From the NCBI GenBank assembly GCA_051362555.1, contig CM120644.1, positions 6,642,954 through 6,706,953 of the forward strand: 64,000 nucleotides of DNA, given 5' to 3'. This document shows positions 25,538 through 38,248 of this stretch, in pieces. Positions within the stretch are counted from its first letter, which is position 1, and each line of letters starts with the position of its first letter. Below the pieces are notes generated by a model. That model saw nothing but the letters and a program-made list of their open reading frames with translations. It made no database searches and was not told the DNA's origin. A program made the position numbers and the translations under genes. Source of the DNA: Lingula anatina (lineage: Eukaryota > Animalia > Brachiopoda).

Positions 25538-25979
25538 TTAGCTAACTATGAATTAATCTACCCCTGACAGTTTGAAGAAGGCTATGACATTATGAAACAT
25601 TTATTATTACATAATGGCTCTGCGAACTACAGTCACTTCTTTTCACCTGTAGATCTGACCTGTTTGTTATACACCTGGCTGCTAGAATAAATACTAAATC
25701 TAACAACTGAAGTGAAATTATATTTTGAATGGGCCCCTGTCGGTCCATGTCGCTAACACAGAGCACACATATTCATAAACACCGCATTTGCAAGAACCGC
25801 TTTGTGAAATAAAAAAAGAAAAAAAAAGACGCCCCGACAATTACGCGTCCTGATATATAGGCCTACAGTTCGGATATGCACACGGCAAAAACGATTAAGG
25901 GACCGTTCCCAGATCCTATCGTACTAACTATGGATCGATCTCTCCCAGAAGGAATGCTATATAAATTGCAATCAACGTA

Positions 25980-27900
25980 ATCAGTGTGATCTGGCCAATT
26001 TTACAAAGTTGCTGTTTTTCCCTTTTCTCAGCATAATATTATATGCGATGCAACATTTTAAAGAGAACCGATAGGTCTATTTTCATGAAACTCACAGAAC
26101 TGATGAATATTAGTTAAACGCAGGTCAAGTTTGAAAATCTTCATAATGGGCTGCTTTTTTTTTCAGAAAATTTGCTGTTGTTTTTGCTTTTTTCAGCATA
26201 CATGCAACACTGTAAACACAGTTTAAGGAGAAGCAATAGGTCTATTGTCAAGATCAAAAATCGGCATATCCGGGCCATTTTTTGTCAAAAGTTATGCTGT
26301 TTTTTTTCTGCCATTTTCAGCATATAAGTAACACTGTAAGCACATTTCAGGGAGAACTGATAGGCCTGTTGTCATTAAACTCACAGGAGTGATCAATGTT
26401 ACCAATATACAAATCAAGTTTGAAAATAGGATTGATTGGTTGAGTTTTGTGGAAGTTGTGCCTTGTTTTGATATATATAAGTGGTTTTCCTCAGATTTGA
26501 TTGTCAGGCATGTTGACAGTTTCGTTATTGAACTAACTAGATATGTAAATATGTTAGTGTTTGTCTGAAATTTTCTGCATCTTTACAACATTGCTAGTTG
26601 ATTATATAAATATGACGGTAAACATGTTATCATGTACTGTGTAATACAGTGTCTCAAAATGGAGGCAATTGGGTGATTATTTTCAAAAGTTTTGCATTTT
26701 TTCTCCTTTTTTCATTGTACATGCAACACTGTAAACACATTTCAAGGAGAACCAATAGGCCTCTTTTCATAAAACTCACAGAACTGATGATTATAAGTAA
26801 AAGAATGGTCAAGATTGAAAATCAACATGACCAGGCCCTTTTCTTTCAAATGTTATGCTGTTTTTTTTTTTCAGCATATAAGTAACACTGTAAGCACATT
26901 TCAGGGAGAACCAATAAGCCTGTTTTCATGAAACTCACAGGAGTAATCAATGTTATCTATATACAAATCAAGTTTAAAAATAAGATTGATTGGTTGAGTT
27001 TTGAGGGACTTCAGCTTTTATTTGTATATAAGTGGTTTTCCTCAGATTTGATTGTCAGGCATGTTGACAGTTTCGTTATTGAACTAACTAGATATGTAAA
27101 TATGTTAGTGTTTGTCTGAAATTTTCTGCATCTTTACAACATTGCTAGTTGATTATATAAATATGACGGTAAACATGTTATCATGTACTGTGTAATACAG
27201 TGTCTCAAAATGGAGGAAATGGGGTGATTATTTTCAAAAGTTTTGCATTTTTTTCTCCTTTTTTCAGTGTACATGCAACACTGTAAACACACTTCAAGGA
27301 GAACCAATAGGCCTGTTTTCATGAAACTCAGAGAACTGATGATTATTAGTAAATTAAAAAGAATGATCAAGATTGAAAATCAGCATGACCAGGCCCTTTT
27401 CTTTCAAATTTTATGCTGTTTTTTTGTTTTTTTTTTGTTTTTGTTTTGTTTTTTTGTTTTTGTTTTTTTTTTCAGCATATATGTAACACTGTAAGCACAT
27501 TTCAGGGAGAACCAATAACTTAAAGCCTGTTTTCATGAAACTCACAGAACTGATGATTATTAGTAAAAGCATATTAGTAACTCTGTAAGCACATTTCAGG
27601 GAGAACCGATAGGCCTGTTGTCATTAAACTCACAAGAGTGATCAATGTTATCTATATACAAATCAAATTTAAAAATAAGATTGATTGGTTGAGTTTTGAG
27701 GGACTTCAGCTTTGATTTGTATATAAGTGGTTTTCCTCAGATTTGATTGTCAGGCATGTTAACAGTCTCATTATTGAATTTACTAGATATGTAAAATGGG
27801 TTGTTTGACAATTTCTGCGTCTTGACAATATTGCTAGTTGATTATATAAAAATGGTGGTAAACCTGTTATCTTGTATTGTGTAAAAAAAGTGCCAAAATG
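25980..27900. repeat. Internal tandem repeats (~550-700 bp x3, built of ~140-bp subunits)
   Basis: The block catgtt(g/a)acagt..ttattgaa recurs at ~26509, ~27060 and ~27754. The subunit ggagaaccaataggcct...atgaaactcacag recurs many times. Confidence 0.85.
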
Positions 27901-27931
27901 GAAATGAACTCGTATCATTGTAGTTTGTCAG

Positions 27932-28191
27932 CAGGGCCGTAGCCTGAGCAAAATGCCAGGGGGGGCAGTACGCCGACAAGAGGGGGCGAAGCCCCCGAGG
28001 TGGGAGGGTGTGGGAGGTCCCCCTCCCACGGTGTGGAAATTTTTTTAAAACTATGTATAATACTGCATTCTGGTGCATTTTAACTGTTATTTATTGCTCA
28101 ATTAGAAGTCAGAAATTGCGATTATTTTTTGCACGTCAAATCCCAGGGGGGGCAGCTGCCCCCCCTGCCCCCCCCGGAGGCTACGGCCCTG
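27932..28191. mobile_element. 260-bp MITE, 5-bp TSD (hAT5-like)
   Basis: TIR cagggccgtagcct...aggctacggccctg, TSD gtcag. Confidence 0.85.
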
Positions 28192-30214
28192 GTCAGATTC
28201 AATCATTCACAATGTTTGGAATGGAGGAAATTGGACATTTAAACTTGTTATATTGATATTTTTGCCATCTCAACAATTTTCTTAGTTGATCATGTGAAAT
28301 GGCAGTAAACTGTATTATTTTATGTAAAAAAGTTAAAAATGGAAAGAAACCCATTTCAGTACAGTGCTCTCTTGTATACATTTAGCATTTTCATAGTATG
28401 ACTTTGGAGTTCCATGAACCTGAAAACCTTTGCTAGTCACATTTTCTGAATATTCATGATACTAATATTTTATTATAAAAAATTGATGATCATTATGCTG
28501 TTAAGCATTATATAATATTGCATCAAATTGGAAGAAAGCACAATTTTGGGTGCTGCTGGCATGATGTCCTCAATTGTAAAATTGTGTACTGTGCAAGTCT
28601 GTATCCAATGGACGACACTTTGTGTTATCAAAATATAAAATTCATGATAATAAAAGAGTGCTAAATAGAAAATAAGCATTATGAAAATAAAATGTTTGAA
28701 AACGAATTTCTTTGGTCTTTTATTTTATTTCATCAGTATCCTTTCTTTTCCTAAATTAATTGATGTTTTATCTCATAATCTTCAATTCTAAAAAAGTGGC
28801 AAAGCCCAGCATTAAATATTGTATAACTGTTCATTTAATCATCACCTCTGGTGTTATTTTGGAATTTACCTTAAATATGAAAGAATTTCATAAAAATGTG
28901 AATTGCTGCAAAGTAACGCTATATAAAATTTGCTTTGCATTAAAAGTACAATCATTATTACATGTAGATGCATGCATGTCCTCGGTTGTAATGTGTAGTG
29001 TCTGTCCGTGTGTGTGTCCGTGTGTGTCCTCGGTTAGAATGTAAAATTCTTGTCAGCAAAAAATTAGTTTTTATAAAAAATTAATTTATAACATTCATAC
29101 TCGAATAGATTTTACCCTAAATTGAATGTTTTTATTTTGATTTAACCAAGGAATAAGATGTCCTCGGTTGTATGGTGTTGTGCTGATGTCCTCGGTTGGT
29201 ACACATAGACAAGTATGTGTGTGTGTGTGTGTGTGAAACCGGGAACTGGCATTACATTGACTGCGCTCTAGCCGGAATCCCCGTTAAGATACACGTAGTA
29301 CAATCCTGCTGACTATTCTGAACACAGTCTTAGATGTTCTCTAGAACCCTACAGGCAATGTCCGCCTTTATATCCCGCTAACCTAAAAATGACGCCAGAG
29401 CTCTCGATGGTGTAACACTATTATATTGATTAAATGTGCATTTTAAAAATTTTAACCAATATAATTATTTTTGTCATAATTATAATTATATATTATTGTT
29501 ATAATGTTTAGAAGTTTTTAAAAGGACCTTTTTTTTGTTATACAGTCATTTTTTAAACTAACTTTTGTAATCAGGTTTCAGCACAAACAACAATGCATGA
29601 AGAGCACCCACAGCAGCAGAAGATGCTGTGTTTACCATTTTAAAATTCTGGCGCTGTATACTGTCTTTGTGTAAAGTTGTTACCATAGATTAGTCTACGT
29701 CTGGTAGATTTGAAATACAAGAGTCCAAACACATACTGCCTACTACAGTATTCCAATGAGCGTAAATATGTCAATGTGCTAAACTTTAGTCCTCGTGTTT
29801 AGATTACATAAATGTTATGTGGTATACAGACAGTGTGTATCAGTCTTACTGTCTTCCAGGAAAGAACGAGTTCAACGTATGTTTCTTATCTGATGTGAAT
29901 AGCTCAAGCTTCCAGTATTTAGTGCGTATACGGTGATTGACTGGCCGACCACCTGATTGCTGTCTGTTAATATTTACACAGAAATATCAGACAAGATATG
30001 GGGACATTCTCCGTCATACCTCTGTTTATGTCGATTGAAGTACCGGTCGATGGTTAAGTGACTACACTGATGATTCTATATTATAATATACGAAGTTACA
30101 CATTAACAATGTGACAGGTCTTCTGAACTTAATGAGAAAAGGTCTGTATGCTGTGAAACAATACCCTTGGTACATTGACCGTCAGTTATTTTGTAGGAAA
30201 ACTTATTGAAGGCC

Positions 30215-32079
30215 ATGTCTAGTGTAACAGTGCTGCTTTTTCTTCTCATCTCCACCTTCTCCGTGACTTTCGATTTTGCGGAGTGGCTGGGTGAAAAGAA
30301 AAAACGATATAACAGTAAAAACTCCCAAATTATGTTGACAGCTGTAATGGCACTAGCAATACTGCTTCTGGCTATTGACATGACAATTAGAAAGTGTTCT
30401 GGGCAGGATGGGGGACATCAGGCAGATGTTTTAAACGAACAGACTCGGCGCAAGGAATTAGCTGAATTGGAAGAGAGCGAGGATGAATACCAAGAGGCCC
30501 TTACTGACGTAATACCTGGAGAGGAGGAGAGGGAGACTCAGGGTAAGTTGATTTTAAAACATGAAGTAATTAATTTGTTTCTTTCTTTCCTTATGTATTC
30601 AATCATTTATTCATTTTTCATTTATTTACTAACTAATTAGGAGACCAGAATTGTGCCGGCAGGACAGTACAGCAGAGAATTGCACACTTTCTGGGCAAAC
30701 ACTTGTCGACTTTTGGTGTATTTGTCTTCGGAGTTGGCAGCCTTATCTTAGCTAGTCTTTCAATTGCGGAACAAGCAGTATGTATGCACGTTTATCTGAA
30801 TCTGACTTATTATGATGATAAGGTGAGCAACGCTTCACACATTCAACAAGATCTAAGGTCATGGACTATCGCGTATGAGACGTTCAAGGTATTGTTCTTC
30901 ACAATTCAGCTTACATTTCTACTAACGGGGTTTAGCATGAGGAAAGACCTTTTAGCCACCACAGGAATAACAGTAACTTTAAGTGCCAATTTAGGCGTAT
31001 GGTGTCAAACTTTTCTTACTAACTGTAATATACTGGCTCACTCTGCCTACGACCCCTTTCTCGATGTTAATATGACGGACTATTCGCTACAGAACGAAAC
31101 CAGGGAGTGTCTAAACAATACGACGCCCATGAACCAAACGATGAATACGAACGTTCGCCCCATGCTGTTTCCACTTACACTTCAATTTACCCTTCTAGCC
31201 ACGAGAATGCTGTTGGACCTATGGCACAGCAGTGAGACCAACACCGGTTCTTTGGATAACGAAGGGCAACAGTCGATTAACGATGAACGACCAGCGGTTT
31301 GTGTTGACCTCCAAGATGGCATAATAACGGTGAATGGTCAGGCAGGACATATAGGCAGTGGTGATATGCATTGGGCAAAAGGTGCGCTGCTTGTAACCTA
31401 TATGTTCTTCTCTCATGGCGTTTTTGCCGTGGTCGTTGTTACTGGATACGTTGCCGTATATTTTGTATATCTAACCATGTATCCTGAAATTAATTATTTT
31501 AATGAAGCAGAGGCAGAAAAGTATACTGTGATCATGGTATGTTATAGAATAGGTTTTGTTGCATACAACACAATCGTGTGTCTTGTCGGCGGTATAGTGC
31601 TGCTCCTCCAAAGCGATTCCAACGAACAAAGCAACCGTCTCTCGGACACATTCCTCATCACCGTTTCTGCAGTCGGCGGATGGACGTTTAATTTCTTTGC
31701 CTTGACCAGCGAGTTTTCAGTTTCCAATTATAAGGCCTCTAGAGTTTTGCCAATTCTAAGCAATTTTGTGGACATAATTCAGATTTTCTTCCAAGCTTTC
31801 CTGATTCTGCACTGCCTTCGTTACCAGTACAACTTTTCTCACATCACACTGAAGGGTGTTTTTAGACAATCAGTGGCTTGTTTGACAATGACAAATTTCG
31901 GATGGTGGATAGTGGATACGTTCTTTGCTTTGAAGTATCACCTCACGCACGCAGAGATGTTTGAATTTTATGGAGAAGAGCTTTGGGGCCTGATCACACA
32001 TTTCGCATACCCTCTGATCCCGTTCTTTCGCTTTCAGTGCGCGATGCTCTTTTTGAAAATATACCAGTCGGTCATGTAA
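30215..32079 (+). CDS. Otopetrin-family (OtopLc-like) multi-pass membrane protein, ~588 aa from ATG 30215; may have a further 5' exon
   Basis: Exons 30197/30215-30542 and 30641-32079 join in frame. Otopetrin motifs: FGVGSLI, FTIQLTFL, ANLGVW, LFPLTLQFTLL, IIQIFFQAFLI, TNFGWWIVDTF, EFYGEELWGLITHFAYPLIPFFRFQC. An acceptor ttttgtag at 30196 suggests an upstream exon. Confidence 0.85.
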
Positions 32080-32755
32080 CACCAGCAAGTTGACAGGCAG
32101 TTACAAAGCCATTGCCGGATCAATGGCATTCAGAATGTTGATAGGGCTTCTTTTTTTTTTTTTTTTTTTTTTGCCTCCCTTCACCCTTGTGAAGTGGTAA
32201 ATATATAAATTTCAAATTTTAACATTTACTGTTTGAACAAGAGTAAATGTAGTTTAATTTGGGAGGGAAGGCTATCTCAGATGAATAGTGTAATTTATTT
32301 ATTTATTTATTTTGACATTAGGTGCCCTAATAAATATGTTTAACATACCCCAGGTAGAAGTAAGGTTAACAGGCAGGAATAATTAAGGTCGGTAATTTGA
32401 TGGAATATCGTATGTATGTGATTTGACCTTAAACAATAAATGAAATCAGGCAACATGAACATTGTACATAATAGTCAGTAATTGGTAAAAAAAAGTAGTT
32501 ATGTGATTTGACTGGTCAAGGCATCCAACAAGAATATAAATTCATAAAATGACGCTGATCGTGGTCGACAAAACCCTTTTTATTTGCTACATTTATATTC
32601 CCTTTAAAAAGACAAAGATGAGTTACAAGCACGTTCTTTTCTGCATAAATATCAACATTAAATATCCTGTTTTAATCTGTCTGATTGTTAGAGTTCTCTA
32701 TTGTTTCAAGTTTTTGAAGTGTCTTTCATTCCCGTATCATCATTTAAATGGCCAG

Positions 32756-33452
32756 TTAGTCCAGAAGACAAATATCGTGAACAGTGGCTCCCACGGGATA
32801 GCTCCCTGAAAGTATACAAGAGGCCCGTAAGTGTCATATGAACTTCTCTTCCTTTAGCTGTATGTGTGCCTTGAATTTACTCATGTTCCACCTTGATGCT
32901 GTATATTTGATCATAAAACAATTTACACAGCCAGATGGCAAACGCTTAATGCCTCAAAAATAATAATGAATGATAAGAAGGTCTTTTAAAATCTTAATTC
33001 TTAATTCTCAAAAAAACACCCTTACCTATCTTGTCGAAGTACATCTGACGCCCTATTTCCAGGTACTTCTCACACAAACTTAAGAACGCCCCGGATGCCT
33101 TGTACGTCTCCAACGCCTCATTCCACCAATCAATGGCCTCGCTGCCTTTCTTGGTCATAAGGGCGGTACCGGAAATGCACTGCATGTCGGGATCGGTGCC
33201 TGCTCCGGCTGGGTTGATGATGACGAGTTCTGCGCTAGCTGTGTTCAGTGCATTGTTACTGTTGAATAAAGCGTCTGCCTGGAAAAGCAGTGACACCCTG
33301 TTAGGATTAGTGAACATGTACATATAAGGTTTCAGTGGAAACTCTAAGGCATAGAAAAAAAACCAATCTCATTTAATGTATAAATATGCAGTCCCCGTTA
33401 AATGCCGAGATACTGGTATCTTTTTGAATTTTTTTCCAAAATGAAATTTTCC

Positions 33453-33491
<39 letters not shown>

Positions 33492-36400
33492 TTTCAAAGA
33501 CTTATAAATGTGGTGTAGAAAGTGCAGCCCAAAATACATTAATGAAAACTGACGGACAATCTACTTGGGCCAAACCGAGTCCCATTTGCGTGACGGACCG
33601 ACTTTTTCATAAATAAACAAATAAATAAATAATTAAATAAATAAATAAACAAACAAAAATAAATAAATAAATAAAAGAGAACACTGTGAACGTGATATTG
33701 AGAACAAGGGACTGATAACTGGATTTTGTCTTTCATTGACGTCACGGAAAAGGTGTTCATTGTCACACACGCACACACACACACGCACACACACACGTCT
33801 GAAAGCGTTCACATGTTTAGGTTTGAAGGTGAAAAACTTAAAAAGATGACATGCATTAGGCCTGCAATTAAGGGTACTTGAGCCAAACGGGCAACTTTCT
33901 TTACTGATATTATTTAAGCAGAGAAGAAGTATCGCATGATCGACTTACTTCACCGCTTTCAAGGGCCTCCATCCCTGCAGCGTGTCCATTTACGAAGATT
34001 GCCTCAAAACCCGTCACGCCATGGTTTATGAGGCACTGGGGTGAAGACAACTGGCCCCCAGCAAACGCTAGAAAATATGAATAATATAGATATACTTTGG
34101 CGGTCTTGGAGAATAATAAATAGATAAATAAATAAATAAATAAATAAATAAATATAACAAAACACTGAGTCTGTGACATTGAAGACACAAGACTAAAAAA
34201 AATAAGTGCTGGGTTTTGTCCCCTTTTTTTCGTAGCTTTCTTTTATTATACAATTCTTCTTTTTATTATTATTCTAATCATTATGATCCAATAAACATAT
34301 CTAGTTAGATTTATGTAACGGACGCGCAAAGCAGGGTTCTATAGTATAAACTATAAGTAGGGTACAGGTATATGTCATTAAAAAGTTCCATCTCTAGTAT
34401 ACATATATGTACATGTGTATTCAGTCTCATAGTGGCATTTGGTCTTTAATTTTCAATTGCAGCAAACCTTGACAAGAAGAAAAAACATTTCCTCATCATC
34501 AAAAAACACGAAAAAAATTTTTATTGATATTATCATTTTAAAATTCTGTTAGTCCCTCTTAATCACACATTTAGTCTGACCGAGAGCAAATGACAACTTT
34601 TAGGCCGGTGTTTAATCTATTTTCACCTACCAAGAAAAAGCAATATATATACAAATCCGATCACATAAAACACACCGTTTTAAAACAAGGAAAAAAGTTG
34701 CTACTGTTTTATGCTTTACTTACACTATATTTTCGGACCATTGCAAATAATTTATGCTGATTTAGTTTATACTAAATAAATGCAGATATTAATTAACAAT
34801 GAGCCCTTTTGGAGAAACTGTCGCCTGTGTAGAAGCTGTTGTTCTAGTTAACCTGAAAATCCACCTACCGACTATCTTCCCAGTCACGTTCTGTGTTTCA
34901 ACCAAAGGACTGCTTGGCAGGACCATCATGTTGGATTTCAGTGGTGAGAACGGATTGGAGAACTCCACCTGTTGTTGGCGTTCTGTGGTGATGCCGAAGC
35001 CAAAACAGCCGTCAAACCAATCTCCCATCAGACCTGTGTTTGGAAAAGAATTTTTGTCAAAATGACAATTTCGTGCAAATTATTGTTTAAGGCTGAAAAT
35101 GGAAGTTGGACTATCGACTAAGGACATTATCAGAAACGAAGTTGGAAGAATATACACTGAATTTCCATGCCCTGGTCATTTTAATTTAAATTTCCTATAA
35201 AATAGGAATTATGATTTTTCTAAATCGCCTTACCTATTTCATGGTGTTTTGAAATTGGCAGATAAATAGCTTCACTTACCAAGATTTTATTTATTTATTT
35301 ATTTATTTTAGGAAGATTATTTCTAGATACTTCGACACGTTACATTATGTTCAATGTTTATAGCCACACATCACCAGCACCACTATCAGGTAATGTGGAA
35401 TTCAGTGAAATGTTTTTACCTTCGCCGGCTATATTTTCTCCGTTAGGGCCAGCTTCCATACACTTCTGCACCGGTATTGTTGTGTAATCACACTCCTTTT
35501 CAGCTATCTCGCAAACTGAAAGGAAAAAATGATGAGATATTACATATGCAAATGGCAAGGGGAGAGAGAATTTGTTTCAAGAGAAAATCACAAGAGAGAG
35601 ATTTCAAGATCAAACAGGATACACATTCGCTACGTATAGCATAAAAATAAGGGCACCATCATTTATATGTTTGTGTGCTCATGTTTCAATATTGATCTTT
35701 GAAAAAAAAGAACCAAGATGTTTCATATTAATGCCTACCAGTGGTTACACACACGCTTCACACACGCGTCTGTTTCATAAAAAGGTATACGTAGTATAAG
35801 TCAGGGACCAAAAGCTTGCCCTTTTTTTAAGGGCTTGATTTAGCCGACTAGTTGAATCTCAAAAAGTTTCTTTTAGGGTGGCTTCTGTTTTTATTTTCTC
35901 TTTCAATAAGTCTCTTTTGAGCAAGTTGTGATTTCCTGGTAACAATAATCCATTTAGATGTACCAATAATATTTATGTGAGTCAATTTTTCATTAAAGCT
36001 TTCAGGCTAATATGGCATAGTTGGTTATTTGATCTTATTAGCCTAAGCTTAGCCCGGAAATAATATGCATGGCATAACAATTAACCAAGTACCGGTAGGC
36101 CTACATGTACATCTCTGGATTTATGAACACATGTTGTTTCTTTTTTAAATATTAGTCACATTTTGTCCGACGGAAAGTAATTTGCTTAACTTACCTGCCT
36201 GCAGAAGTTCACGGTAAAGCCCCGTAAATTCTCCAGAGGAATTTCTGAAAAAAGGTGACATCTTAAAACACACACCTTTTCTAGCTTTGCGTGAAGAACA
36301 GTTACAATGCTTCCTACACTGTGAAGTGCACTTCATCATTGCAGTGAAATCACTTGTTGATAAGTACGCACGCGCACATCACCCGCGAGGACACATACAT

Positions 36401-38084
36401 ACGTGAACTTTTAAGTTTCTATTCGAAGTGATATATACACAAACATGTACAAAGCCAGATACACTAAAATGACAAAATGTGAGATCTGATATCAAATATG
36501 TCACTTCAGCAAATCATTGAGAAGTTTTCAGCAACACCCCAGCACTAGTAGACTATTATCACATCTATCACCAAACTCCAATTAATGTACGACATAAACA
36601 TGATCAGTGTGCGTGTGTGTGCGTGGGTGGTTGTTTGTCTGTGTATGTGATCAATATTACTACCTTCACTCTTGTCTGCTTAGTAAAAACTGCGTTAGTC
36701 CTTGTTTTCTACTTTAAGTACATTGCAAAAGTGCAGGTATATTCATTATTCAACAAGGAACTGCCGCAAACATCTATGTGGGTTATGGGAAGAAAAGAAA
36801 TGCACGCAACAGAATCTCATAAACGTTCCCTTTAAAAAGAGCATGAAAAAGACAAGGACTTACAGGTACGACAGCGGAGGGGGATAGATTGGCATTTCAA
36901 ACACCCATACCTATAATATAATATAATATAATATAATATAATATAATATAATATAATATAATATAATATAAAATAATTTTTCACTTTTACTCTGACGGTT
37001 TACAATGGGCATCAATTGTGATAGCCCGAGGTCTTGCGAATTAACGCAAAATCAAGCCAGATTTTGAGGGATTTGAAGGAGAGTTTGATCGGAAATTATT
37101 TTAATAGTACCCAAGAATCATAGTAGAGACTGTTAAATCTTTAAAATGATGTACAATACTAAATTATAATATTGTTGCTGTGATTGCAGTGAGACCGAAT
37201 ATACATGCAGGTACATACATTTGTAGAAATAATGCTTTATTTAAAGTCTTAAAAGACGTTAAGGGATGACTTTACGTGCACTGTCTGTAGATATACTAAA
37301 GTACATGATAAATTCTGGTAAAATTTCACTACTTTCAAACACTACACTACCATTGGCGGATTTGTAGCTAATTTACGTGAAATGGTAGAAGTGGCAAATC
37401 CACCCTCTCCCACTCCTTAAAAAATACCATACTCATACGATAATCAAGTACATGTCCGTTTGTATCCATGTGTAACGTTCTTACCTATTCGGTTAGATAC
37501 AAATAAATTATTTATTTATATTTACTTATTTATTCAAAATATTTAAATTAATTTATCTTTTTTTGTTAAAGCACTCCCTCAAAATATCTTGACCCGCCAG
37601 CGGTATTTTAAAACATAATTTATAAATCGGAATATAATGATGCTTTAATCACGTTCGATGACTACACGACCTTTCAGTTGATAAGAACAGGTTACCTTGG
37701 GTGGCTGAAGAGGGCATGGCGGGGGACCAGGCGGCGCTCTTCTAACACTTTCGCCTTGTCCGACCACAGCAAACAGGAAAACCAACGTGGAAATCTGCCC
37801 CAGTAGAGATAAATTAGAGTATGTGTTGTGAAACATGTTTTGCATATTATGTACGTTAAATTATAAATATAATATAATATAATATAATATAATATAATAT
37901 AATATAATATAATATACATGTAATTTGGGGCAACAATGCCAGAAAATTACTATCTATCAGTGATTCAGCGTTCTTACTACATTAATTGCAATATTGAGTC
38001 AAATTTTGAAACAAGAAAGAAGGAAAAAATGTAATGGACGTTGATTTTATATAGGAAGGCGGCAATTCAATAATAATTTACCAT
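32756..38084 (-). CDS. Secreted solute-binding protein family 3 (PBP2/HisJ-ArtJ-like) protein, paralog A (~293 aa)
   Basis: Exons 38084-38082 (ATG), 37794-37696, 36910-36864, 36244-36195, 35515-35420, 35033-34869, 34067-33949, 33278-33026, 32805-32756 total 882 nt, all GT-AG and in frame. Signal peptide MISTLVFLFAVVGQGES, then YPPPLSYL..GEFTGLYRELLQAVCEIAEKEC..GITTERQQQVEFSNPF..MEALESGEADALF..KKGSEAIDWWNEALETYKASG..DICLLD*. Confidence 0.85.
36912..36972. repeat. (ATAAT)n microsatellite (another at ~37866-37916)
   Basis: Directly visible pentamer arrays in introns of paralog A. Confidence 0.9.
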
Positions 38085-38240
38085 TGTGTGCTAGCTGATT
38101 TTATACAAGTGTACTCTCGTCTTTTGCACAAAATGGCAAGTCCTTCATTGGCGCAACTATTCATAAGACACCCATATATTACATGAACTCTCAAAATGTG
38201 ACAGTTTGTTACCGGGTGACTTTGCCGAGGGACAATGCTG

Positions 38241-38248
38241 TTTATATA
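38241..38248 (-). promoter_or_regulatory. Candidate TATA box of SBP paralog A
   Basis: TATATAAA on the minus strand, ~160 nt upstream of the ATG|gt first-exon end. Confidence 0.35.

Larger units (their letters stand above)
23628..29215. mobile_element. ~5.6-kb non-autonomous element with AACCGAGGAC subterminal motifs, flanked by (TG)n
   Basis: Both ends read CTTGT-N11-AACCGAGGAC inward. There are 7 motif copies at the left end (23646-23932) and 4 at the right (28978-29197). No transposase ORF is visible. Confidence 0.7.
23412..29246. mobile_element. Small host MITE split by a large insertion
   Basis: Left TIR ggtcctggtttcacaaaaaatcttaagt. The right TIR is split into acttcagattttt (~23560) and gtgaaaccgggaac (29233-29246). 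Confidence 0.6.

Noticed and set aside
26649-28381. Short hydrophobic ORFs as genes
   Set aside because: They fall in transposon-internal repeats and T-rich low-complexity tracts.
37645-37845. ATG at 37845/37836 as the start of paralog A
   Set aside because: An acceptor at 37795 matches the paralog B exon 2 boundary, and an upstream ATG|gt exon (38084-38082) gives a cleaner signal peptide. The alternative is not fully excluded.
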